From: Takakia lepidozioides
Taxonomy: Eukaryota; Plantae; Bryophyta
DNA length: 64,000 bases
Assembly: GCA_030704615.1 (NCBI GenBank)
Contig: CM060731.1
Location: forward strand, 61,752,001-61,816,000
Direction: 5' to 3'
The translations under genes and the position numbers were made by a program. Each line of letters opens with the position of its first letter. Position 1 is the first letter of the stretch. This document shows, piece by piece, positions 49,782-60,396 of the stretch. The notes below the pieces were generated by a model, which had not been told where the DNA came from, made no database searches, and saw only the letters and a list, made by a program, of their open reading frames with translations.

Positions 49782-50619
49782 CCCTTAACTTCCTATGGAA
49801 CTGCATTAAGGTTTCATAGAACATGATATATTAACGTAACTTTTGCAGATCTTAATAGTCTTAGGTCATTTTTTCAGCAATAAATGATCTGACGATATGG
49901 CAGGTCGTCTCCAATTGGCAGCATGCCATTTGGAGAAAGTCTGCCACGTCCAGAAATTTCCAAAAACTGCAGGGTTAGATGTGCTCTTGCATGGACTGGG
50001 GCCACGCAGACTTGACTGCTACGTGGCCATCTCTGATTGGACAGCACTCAGGCCACTCCAGGGTCAATTTTTACAATTTGGTCATAATTTGGACCAGGGT
50101 GTAGGTGTGAAGAGAGTCTTTCCCTCACCAGAGGGATTTGGAATTTGAGCAATATTTCAGAGCATCTTGTGGAGGCCAAATCCCAAATTCTAAGTCTTTG
50201 TAATGGAGGTAGTTTGACCCCCCCCAAGAAACACATACAAAGCACCCCCATGCTAAACCAGACATTTGCCCCTCATTTTTTGCATGGACATGTCATTCCT
50301 ACCACAGACTAGGAATGTGTGGATTAAACACTCCACAAAAATCTAAAAACCTCTCAAATTAGTTGGTCAAGGTTAAAAAACCATGTTTTCAAAATCAGAA
50401 ACAAAAAATTCATCCTCTCTAAAACCATATAATCTCCCACATTTCACGGTGAAACAAGTTTATTTTTGGTGAGTGAATGCAGGTGCGCACCTACGTGTAA
50501 AGATCATTTTTCTAAAGATCATTTTTCTGGATGATTTTTTATAGGTAGTTAGTCTCATTTTACTGGGCATGGGTAGTATTTTTAGGTATCAAAAAATGAA
50601 CCATGTAAGAAGTTAAGGG
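49782..50619. mobile_element. Possible MITE with CCCTTAACTTC TIRs
   Basis: CCCTTAACTTCCTATGG at left; CCATGTAAGAAGTTAAGGG|TTAA at right. Confidence 0.4.
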
Positions 50620-50964
50620 TTAAGCAGCACTTTCCTTCTATCTTGCTTTCTCTTAGCCGAAAAACATGTCTTTGGTGGATGGAATGTGAATGCGTACTAC
50701 ATATGTCGAGGATGTTAGCATATGTACCATATTTTGCATCTCCATTGGTAGGGATAAATAGAATTTATACTCACCAGTTTTTATTATATATATATACATA
50801 TATATAATTTAAAAGGGAAACTCCTGGGACGACAGCCCACAAATTATATATGTAAGTAAATAAATAAATGTATTGAAATTGACAATTTGAGTCGTTCCCA
50901 GGTTTCTTTAAAAAAAATTAAAAACAAAATAGCTAGTTCTTGACTTGCACCATATGATCAATGA

Positions 50965-51245
50965 CATGGCAGCTCAAACAGTGTGCGTTGACGCACACTG
51001 TTTGAGCTGCCATGCAACTGATGATTGAACCTCCGAGACCTGCCCTATATTGCCGAATTTCACAGTGGAAAAACAAAGACAAGGTGTGCTCAAACAGTGT
51101 GCGGCAACGCACACTGTTTGAGCTGCCAGATAAGTGTTCATCTGTCCTCAGAGACATATGCCCTATGTGGCCCATTCTCAAATGAAAAAGGCAACGATAA
51201 GGGCAGCTCAAACAGTGTGCGCCAACGCACACTGTTTGAGCTGCC
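50965..51245. repeat. Array of three long perfect palindromes with ~117-bp period
   Basis: Arms (GGCA)GCTCAAACAGTGTGCG / CGCACACTGTTTGAGC(TGCC) at 50965-51014, 51088-51123 and 51202-51245. Confidence 0.92.
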
Positions 51246-51780
51246 AGGATAGTGATGATTCAACCACTAATTCGAACCCTATGTGGCCAATTTGATGCAG
51301 GTAGTGCACCAACGTACCTATGGAGCACCCATTTTTGGAGCATTTGGCCAATAAATTTACCCAAAGAGGAAGGAACCAGTGTTGGACCGGCATCATAAAC
51401 ATTTCATACCAGCCAGGTCCTGGTATGGTAGGTGAAGAGGCCTCCGTCATACCTGGCAGGTAATGGTATCAAAGTAGATATTAAATTTGTAGTGTACCAG
51501 TCTGGTATGTATATTGTTTTTTGGCCTGGTATGGTATGGTATCTATTCCAATTTTCAAAATTTATATTGGGGGTATATCAAGACTGGTATCAATACAGCT
51601 CCATGGTAAAAATTCTCCATGGCAGGTATAAAATTGGACAGATTTCTGAATGGCAAAATCAGAGCACCCTACTCTTCTTCAAACAAGCCAGCCTCCCCCA
51701 GCTCAATCAAAGAGCAGCAACTCTCCATTGCTGCACCCTAAATCCCTAACGCTCCACATATTGATACCTAGGGTGCAAGC

Positions 51781-51985
51781 GAGAGCTAAAGAATCGAAAT
51801 AGAATGATGTTTTGTTTTTTGGAGAGATGGCCGAGTGGTTGATGGCTCCGGTCTTGAAAACCGGCATAGTTTCTCAAAACTTCGAATCCCTCTTTCTCCT
51901 TTAAATAAAAAAAAACATTTTTGAAATCAATCTATTTTTTCGTATTAGAGATGTAATGGCTCAGCTAAATAGCCGAGCCGTTGTG
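51781..51985 (+). other. Plastid-derived insertion (NUPT) from the trnS-UGA/psbC region; boundaries approximate
   Basis: Plastid-type trnS followed by an AT-rich spacer and the GGCTCAGCTA..TAGCCGAGCC hairpin typical of the psbC-trnS spacer. Confidence 0.7.
51821..51900 (+). tRNA. trnS-UGA: Plastid tRNA-Ser(UGA) pseudogene
   Basis: GGAGAGATGGCCGAGTGGTTGATGGCTCCGGTCTTGAAAACCGG..TTCGAATCCCTCTTTCTCCT; the 5' T-stem arm is deleted. Confidence 0.85.
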
Positions 51986-52679
51986 AGAGACTTAGGAGAG
52001 AAAAAAGAAAAAACTACGAGTACTGGTATCTACAAAGCTACATTCTTTGCAATTCCAGGCTGGTCTGAACCGGGGCTTTTTTTTTCATTTTGGCTAAGAA
52101 GCGTAGATGGCTACAAAATTTGAAGGCTAAGTGCAAAGGTGGCGATGACATAGATGCTTAGCTAAAAATCAACTGGCTACAGGCTATTTCATTTGCATGC
52201 AATATGGCGATTTGAGCCCACTCACAATCTGAAATCTAAAATAATTAATCAAAGAAGTCCAAAGATGGCCAGCAAAACCATAGCCTCAATTTCAAATAGC
52301 AAGGGTCCAGGTCGTGCTCCATGGCGAGCTCTCCACCGTTGATCTCGAAATGGGGCGACAGCCGCTAGATGTAGGGCTGTGGGGAACGTGTATTTCTGGC
52401 GCAACATGCATGTTCCCCTGGAGCTTTCTGGCACCAGCCCGTGTGCGCGCCCCTATAGTGTGGTTACTGCAGCATAAGAATGACCCTGGAACCAGTCGTA
52501 TGGTGTCAGGATTTATGAGGAGCTCCTGTACAGCTAATGGAGTTTGTGGTCATGCATGGTGTCATAACATTGTACTAGTAAGCACGGGGTTCATTAGGTC
52601 TGCTGTATGCCCCATGGTTGCATGGGATGTGATTTTCTCCTCACAATTACAAGCTAGGTGATTGTTATATTTCTCGCAG

Positions 52680-54209
52680 GTGAAATGATAGTGGGTCCAA
52701 CAAAGACACTCTTCATGGATGAAAGTTGACAGGTCTGGACAGCTCAACAACATTCCAGATAGTGAAATGCCTGCGCCACTTTTCCCATGTCATGGAGTCT
52801 ACCATCCTCATGTCGTTGCTACAACCAGCCCCAGAGACCTTTGAGCTCTTTGATGATGTCATTTTTCTTTCAGAAGGCCAGGTTGTATACCATGGCCCAT
52901 GTGAGAATGTGTTGGAATTTTTCGAGAGCTGTGGCTTCCAGTGCCCGGACCGAAAGGGTGTTGCTGATTTTTTGCAAGAGGTGAGATTTCTTGAACTGAA
53001 CAGGCTGTCACTCTTACCACTCCCTTTGCTCTGTCCATGGTGAGCACATGTCTCTAGCAACAGGGTATGATGCTCTGAGTACAGTGAGTACACTCTTATC
53101 TCTCATGTGTGCAACCTGTCCCTGTCCCCTCTCGGCCCTTTCTCTTTGCATGCAGTTGTACTCGTGTAATTTTTCTGCACTTTAGTACTTTAGAGTAGAC
53201 CATATAATTGGCTGGTACATGGTTCTTACTTTTTGCAGGTTACATCACAAAAAGATCAAGAACAATATTGGTTCAACAGACATCGGCCCTACCAGTACGT
53301 ATCTGTGAGGCAGTTTACAAATGCTTACAAGAACTTTCGAGTAGGTGCAAAATTGCATCAAGAGCTGATGACTCCATTTGACAAATCAAATAGCCACCAG
53401 GCAGCATTATCAAATACTCTATCAGCAAGTGGGAGCTTTTCAAGGCAAATTTTGCCAAGGAGTTGATCTTGGTGCAACGCAACTCGTTTGTTTATATCTT
53501 CAAAACAGTTCAGGTTAGTTAAATCCCAATGTAAATTGGGTGAAAGTAATAATAAGAATATTGACTTCAGAATCCTATATTTGCCTCATTATCCTGTTTT
53601 ATACAGCCTGTGGAGTGTACGCACTGTGTCATATCATGACATTGATTTACCGCTGTAGAATGATTTAGCATGTCTATACGAGGAAGGGAAGGAGCATACA
53701 CAGAGGGAAGAAGAATTAGAACCACAGAAAGCCCAGACAGCTTATGGGACAAGAATGGATCGCAAACACAAAGAAGCATAGTTACAGAAGTTGTTAACCG
53801 AAGGCAAGAAAGAGCGGAAGAAAGTAGAGATAATCTGAATGTGTTCCATTGTCTCCATGTAACCCTCTAAAAAATCGTGTTGACTGTTGCAGATTATTGT
53901 TATAGGGTTTATAACAATGACCGTGTACCTTCGCACAAATATGCCCAGAGAGACTGTGGAGGATGGGCAGATCTACGCTAGTTCACTTTTCTTTGGTGTC
54001 ATTGTGGTCATGTTCAATGGGTTTGCAGAAACCTCTATGACCATTTCTCGCTTGCCAGTATTCTTCAAGCAGCGTGACCTTCTCTTCTTTCCAGCATGGG
54101 CGTATACACTCCCGACAGTTGTTCTTAGGCTCCCAATGTCCTTACTCGATGCAGGCCTTTGGATCATAATGACATACTTTGTCATAGGGTACACTCCAGA
54201 AGCTAGCAG
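52680..54209 (+). pseudogene. ABCG/PDR transporter fragment (3 exons: end of NBD1 and start of TMD1)
   Basis: Exons 52680-52980, 53239-53513, 53893-54209: [53 protein letters not shown]|VTSQKDQEQYW, RLPVFFKQRDLLFFPAWAY. Frameshifts at ~52724 and ~53411; no flanking exons seen. Confidence 0.9.
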
Positions 54210-54633
54210 GTGAGTTTTCAAATCAACCCACCAGTCAGACAAGGCATATAATGAATGAGGGGTATCACACTGCTTTATCAAGGGATGTTGTAAACAAACC
54301 CACCATAAGAAATTTCTATGAAGTCAGATTAAGGTTTCCTGTGATTTGAAACTGTGCCTTTGCATGGCAGACCAACACTTGGACCAGCCTAGCTGAAAAT
54401 CAGGTCCCCCTCATGGATGTCATGCCTACTCTTCACTGGACTGACTAGGAAAGTGTTGTCTGAATTGAAACTTTCTCAAGTATGTAATGGTGATCAGAAC
54501 TATAGTCTCCACTAACCCTATTTTCTGGCGCATTTTTTGTTTTCTTTCCCAGGATTTTACATAGGGCTGTCGCAGCCGGGCGGACATGGAGCCACTTCGC
54601 CTTACAGCTACTGCCCCTTTTCAGGGGTGGGCC

Positions 54634-55146
54634 CTATATAGTTGGAAAGGAGGCCAATAATTTGACCCCTATGATATGGAAAGATATGCCGTGTTTCTTC
54701 AAAAATTTATTTTGCCAATATCTTGCGTTGCACTTGATGGCTACGAGATCTCCCGCATTAACACACAATCCATTTATTTCTTCCCCTTTTTCATTGACTA
54801 TTTCAATGGTATTGTAGAAGTTCCTCTCATTTATTTTGGGCCGTTTGTTTGAAGTTGAAACAAACAGATCGAAATTTTTGAATTTTGATTTTTGAATTTT
54901 TTTTGTAAAATTTATATTGTCTCCACCTACCCACTTCAAATCTGTGCATGCCCTTTTCCAATAAGTTGTCCACTCATTAATTTTACTTATGTACTCACTT
55001 ATAAGTGTACTGTGGAAATTGGTAGTATATAAGCGTTTCCAAGTGTTATCAATGTTTACTGCATGATGCGGGTTGGGTGAAAATCGGTCATAAATTTCGT
55101 GACATTTGTCTTCGAAGGGAATTTCATCTGTCTGTACTTCCAACAT
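54634..55146 (-). CDS. Putative gp2.5/DUF2815-like SSB family, copy 2 (open frame but internally deleted relative to copy 1)
   Basis: AT-rich intronless ORF: HHAVNIDNTWKRLYTTNFHS..WTTYWKR..WVGGDN..TKK..YNTIEIVNE..VNAGDLVAIKCNARYWQN..KKHGISFHIIGVKLL. Lacks the GIAKFPYL segment and the acidic tail. Confidence 0.55.
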   Translation of the reverse strand: MLEVQTDEIPFEDKCHEIYDRFSPNPHHAVNIDNTWKRLYTTNFHSTLISEYISKINEWTTYWKRACTDLKWVGGDNINFTKKIQKSKFKNFDLFVSTSNKRPKINERNFYNTIEIVNEKGEEINGLCVNAGDLVAIKCNARYWQNKFLKKHGISFHIIGVKLLASFPTI

Positions 55147-55564
55147 TGATTGTTCGTTTATACACTTCTGCAATCCAGCCAGCAATAATACAATGACATT
55201 TTTTAGTTGGTGTTATTTAGTTGCGGATCAAGAATCTGTTTTGCTGTATTTGTTTGTTAGGTTGAGAGACCTACATTGTAGAGATGCCACTACATTTTGC
55301 AACAAAGAAGTTTATTCAAAGGAAGAGCAAGCCAGATTCAACATATATTAGAGGTGGGCAAATGGTATTCGGGTGAGAGGTATAGGGCTTATAATGCACT
55401 ACCCATATGAGTTTATGGCTGTCAGCAAGGAGAGCTAATACATAGTTGGACTGCACCATTGTTATGAATGAGTCTGAAGATGTCCTTAACTGTTCAGAAG
55501 GTCGTGAAAGAGCCGTGGCACAGAAATTGGAAATGTACTTCTCTATAATCTTATCTGGAGGACT

Positions 55565-56660
55565 CAAATGATCCCCTTTGTTGGCAACAGGGGGTCAATG
55601 TCAATCTTCAGTCATATCTGTCACTATTAAGTACTAATTTCAACAAGACATAGTAGAAAGGTGACAGAGAAGAGCTGGGGAACTATCAAGGCATCAGTTC
55701 ATGTAGGCCCACTGTTGAAAGTGAGCTAAGTCTGGACATTAAGAAGTCAAAAAATTCAAACGATAGCAAGAGTGGTTGGGAACATCAGGGAGTACCTCTC
55801 CAAGTTATTTCTTAAAATTGTAATGTACAGCCTGTATACGTGAGTAATAACGAGATTCTGGATGGCCCTTCAATGTCTGTACAAGACGAAAATTGTCAGC
55901 AAGTACAAGTGCTAAGGACTACTAAGGGTGCAGTGGTGAATGTGGAGGTGATAGCGAGGAAGTCTGGGGAGGAAAGCCTAAGGGCCAGACTTCACGTCTC
56001 ATTGTGGATTATATCATAGTGGACAAGAATTTGATTCCCTAGCGTGCCAATGTGTTGATTGACAGAACTGATATTGGTACCTCTGACCACTTTCTGGTCA
56101 ATGTCAAAGAGATTAGACTTCCTGCCTGCACTTTCCTGTCTGGACTGAGATCAAAAGTTGTTTCCCCAACACCAATCTGTGAAACGTTCGATTCAGAAGT
56201 GGTGCATAGAGAAATTCCAAAATGAAGAGGTCAAGGCTGAGTATGTCCAGGCCTTGCAAGAGGCTCTCCTCACTTTGACCATTCTCTCCAAGACCTTCAT
56301 TATGATGTTCAACAGAGAATTGGGGGCTAGGTACTACCAGATCTGCAAAGATATGAAGAGATTTTCAAGGATTTGAATCTAACTCTGGAAGCCACGACCC
56401 TGCTGCATAAATCTGACAAAGAGGCTTAAGTTTGTTCAGGCTTGAATGGTATTCATATATGTGCAGGGCAAGAGACATGGTAAACTTTGAACAAACAGGT
56501 TATAGATGGTTTGCCAAGATGTGTTGGCTTCTTTGTCCAAGATTTCTTGTGTGACAATTGAGTGGTGACGCAGTTAAAGCCTTCAAAGACATAAAGCTGG
56601 ACTGTGCTAAGTTCCTTGCAAAGGGTCAGGTGGTCTTAATGGGTGACTTCATTCTACCCA
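55565..56660 (+). mobile_element. Decayed LINE fragments (RT N-terminal piece, APE endonuclease pieces)
   Basis: GDREELGNYQGI; IVDYIIVDKN..TDIGTSDHFLV; GQVVLMGDF. Confidence 0.7.
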
Positions 56661-57037
56661 TTTCTGAACAGGTTAAATTTGCTGCTAATTTTGTGGCTCG
56701 GAAATTTCACACACTCATACACTCCCGACTTCAAGAAGGCTCTTAATCGATTTTGTATTCAATCCGGCGGTAAGGCGGTTCTAGACAGCATAGAGGAAAA
56801 CCTGAAGCTAACAAAGTTGCACATGGAGCCTTCATGCATGACCCTGCACAGATTTGGGAACATGTCCAGCAGTGAATTTAACTAGTGCAATCTGGAAGTC
56901 CCTGAGCAACTCCCAGAAGGGCCCTTCCTCAAATCCCTGGTCCGGTTTCATTTTATGGTTATCCACAACTATTTGCATCCATCAGCTTGAGTGGAGAACC
57001 ACCCCAACTGACATTTTACATCTACTGTTGAAATCTA

Positions 57038-57605
57038 TCTTTCACTGCATCCAACAATTTCTCTCCTGGGTTCCTTGTGAAAATAGACACACCAATTTCA
57101 ATGAGTGAATCGTCATTCTACACCTGAAGCCAGGTCTATTCACTGTAAATCGTCATTCTACACCAGGTCTATTCACTATAAATCAGTCTTTAGAGCCTGA
57201 AGACACTGGCGTCAGTGAAGTAACTGTTACAAATAAAGGGTCAACAGGTAATAAGAAGTGTCTCTGAATCTCAGATCCCTGCTTTCTGACATAGATGTAT
57301 CACTGCTTGCAGAAACTCACAAACACCTCCTCTTGCTAATGTTTGAAAACTAGCAGTGTGGTTTTCATTCAGGCATCCCTGTCTCTCTCTGTCCCTAGGG
57401 CAGTTCAATCACAGTGTTTGACATCTTGAGTACAAGATGTAATCTACCTTTCACTGCATCCAACAATTTCTCTCCTGGGTTCCTTGTGAAAATAGACACA
57501 CCAATCCTAGTGAGAGAATCGTCATTCTACACCTGAAGCCAGGTCTATTCATTGTAATTTCACTGGAAATCAGTCTTTAGAGCCTGGAGATACTGGCGTC
57601 AGTCA
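57038..57605. repeat. Local ~160-180-bp direct duplication (57038-57218 / 57448-57605)
   Basis: CTTTCACTGCATCCAACAATTTCTCTCCTGGGTTCCTTGTGAAAATAGACACACCAA... occurs twice. Confidence 0.85.
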
Positions 57606-58589
57606 AGTGTTGAAGAAGAAATGCCATCTACAAGACCCAACATAGAAGGGACCAATAAATTGTTTCTCAAATGCATGGGATAGTTTCAAACAAATACATG
57701 TGAGTTCAACAGCACGTGTAGCACTCCTTCAGTGGTCTTCCCCTCAAAGATCTCCGTGTCTAACTTGGACAATCTTTCTTTCACTTTCCACCTATAAGCA
57801 TCCATCATTCAACCTTCTGAGTATTGTCTTATAGCAGACCCTCTTCCTCCTTCCCTAGTTGTTCTCTCTCTTTTATTGTAAGCCCACAGTAACCATTCTG
57901 TTTCTAGCATGATGTCTACACAAGACTGTCCACAACACACTTCACTCCCTATAAAAAGATCTTTGTTGACTGTGCAGGAAAGATATGGCCATTTCTGCCT
58001 GAGTTGCCACACCCTTTGTGCTGCTGCTCCTACTTGTGGGGCTTGATGTGTTACAGACATGCCGCAAGGTGAAGTGGCTCTTAGTTACGCCGGCTCTGGC
58101 TGGAGTCTTCTCTCTCTCTCTTACAGACATCTCCCTCGACTAGTATCAACATCAGTTTATTTGAAGCTAAGAGGAGATATGCAGGTAGAAAAGCCATTAG
58201 GAGCATACCTTATAGATTGCTTTCAATGCCGAAACCTAAACCTCTCTTACTTCCCATTACAAGTTCCAAGTTCCTCCCTCTCACTATAACGTTCAGCTCC
58301 CCAAAATCTTCAAGCTGAATATATAGGGACACACTGTCAGAAGCATGAAGGTCAAAGTCACAAATATCTAAGGCTCACACACCACCTCTTCAGATAGTAA
58401 CTGCAAGGCTCCTTGCTGGACCTCACCGTCTGAAGCAACAGAGCATACACAATACACAGAAAACTCATGTCCCAAACCACTGAAGGGACAGCAGAAACCT
58501 TCCTAAGACCAGATTCTCCAGTCAAATGACAAGATGAGAGCATGTTACCTTCAACACAGGCACTTACCAGAAAAATCTTAACTTGAAGC

Positions 58590-59150
58590 CGCAACCTGCT
58601 AAGGTGTCAATGAGCTTATCAAGAATGGTGGTGATCCCATGATGAAGACCCTTGTACTTCTCTTTAATCTTATCACAAGGACAGAAATGATCCCCTTTCA
58701 CTGGCGACAAGGAGGGTCATTGTCAATCTACACAAGAAAGGTGACAGAGAAGAGCCGGGGAACTATCGAGGCATCATGCTTCTCAATGCAGTTGGCAAGA
58801 TATTTGGCAGAGTTATAAGTACTCGTCTCGAGGTTGATCTGGAGTCTTGACGTTGTTTCCATGAGGGCCAGCTCATCAAGGCTGCTCATCAAGGCCTTGT
58901 TGGCGTCACCTGTCTAAAGGTCTCTGGAGTCTAAAGGTTGTGTCCATGAAGGCCAAACTGGCTTACAACAAAACAGGGGCTGCGTGGATCATATCTTCAC
59001 TCTAAGCCAATTATCCAAGGAAGGAAAAAAGAAGGGGGAAATTGCCATGTCTGTTGCCAGGAAATTGTCTGATGAAAATGAAGTTAGGCAGCAACTCAAG
59101 GGTTTACCCAGTCTCGGCATTGGACTGAAGATTCAAAGTCAGGGCAACCT
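58590..59150 (+). mobile_element. Decayed LINE reverse transcriptase fragment, same family as 42046-42569
   Basis: VIVNLHKKGDREEPGNYRGIMLLNAVGKIF, HEGQTG..GCVDHIFTL; 59095-59145 matches 42076-42126. Confidence 0.8.
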
Positions 59151-59805
59151 AAAACCTGAAATGTATGAGAGTCTGCAAGCAAGCATACCAACAAAGCTCC
59201 TGGTGCCCGATCGACGATCCTGCCGTAGGGTCTTTCTCTTTTTTTTTTCTGTCTTTCGCACACCTGAGGCGCCAAGGGATTTCGCAAGTAGCAGAGAAAG
59301 CTCCTGGTGCCCGAGCTACAATCCTGCCCTGGGGTCTCTCTCTCTTTATGTCTCTCTCTCCTTTAGGAATGATCTTGTCGAGCATGGAGCAGTGCTCACG
59401 GTTATGTAGCTTGAAATAGTTCAAGGAGTTACTTTCGGTTATTTTCGGGCAGCTTCCAAACTCATGAGAAAGTTGACAAAAGCCAAAATTACCCCCTGCT
59501 TCGATTGCCCCAAAATTTGGCATGCAGGTGCAGGGGTAGGTTGGGACTTGGGACCAATTGTCTGGTCAAATTTCTTATATTGTGAACAATCAGGGAATTA
59601 CAGCCGTTTAAACAGGAGGAGGGTCATTTTTCCGGGTAAAAAGTCACTACCCTAGTGGGCGTTTAAGGGTGTACTTTGTTGTCCCAGGAAAAAATAATTT
59701 TTTCTTATGGTGGCCCAAGAGCCCATATGACAACATAGCGAAGTTCTAACACCAAAGAAATTGACAAACCTCCACATATGGTCAGGAGGTTTGATGGACA
59801 AGAAT

Positions 59806-59958
59806 ATGTACTCATAAGACAATGTTACCGTAGCTTTGTGGCCATTGACCCCGCTCTCAGTTTGAGCGGAATACAAAGGGACAGAAACTAACTTTGTTAG
59901 GGGCTGACACCGGTAGTATAACTTACCTTGGAATAGAGAATTGATCGGAGTTTTCCAT
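59806..59958 (-). mobile_element. LINE 3'-tail copy
   Basis: Reverse complement matches 42417-42569 (GGGGTCAATGGCCACAA..CTTATGAGTACA). Confidence 0.8.
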
Positions 59959-60396
59959 GGTCGAGAGAGAGGGAGAGAGAGAGACACACAACCAAAAAAA
60001 GAAAAAAATACAACAAGGACAAGCCCGAACATAAATTTGTAAAATGTCCACACTCCACACAGGTTATATGAGGTCCATGGGACAAGACAGGAAAGCTGGA
60101 AATATGAAGCAAATTCGAACAACTCATTAAGGTGACCAGGCCATAAAAACTCTCCATAGTACAAACATGTACAAGCACCTACTGTTGTTTGCTACTGTAC
60201 AATTAATTACTGACCAGGTTAAATTGCAGGGTACCACAAGGGTGCACTTTTTGCTCCCTATTGTGGAGGTCACTAAAAAGCTACTAGCATCCTACTGAAC
60301 CCCCCTTCATCAAGGGCAAAGAGGGTAGTCCTTCCCCCACATTGCTGGGGGTACTGGATTTTTTGTTTAAGAATCTACTGGAGAATATCCCACTGT

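Noticed and set aside
50965-51245. CRISPR array
   Set aside because: Eukaryotic context, no cas genes, only three units, and spacers related to each other.
54561-54637. Hammerhead ribozyme
   Set aside because: No CUGANGA/GAAA core in the required arrangement on either strand.
56700-58590. Possible decayed minus-strand coding region
   Set aside because: No frame gave an identifiable protein.
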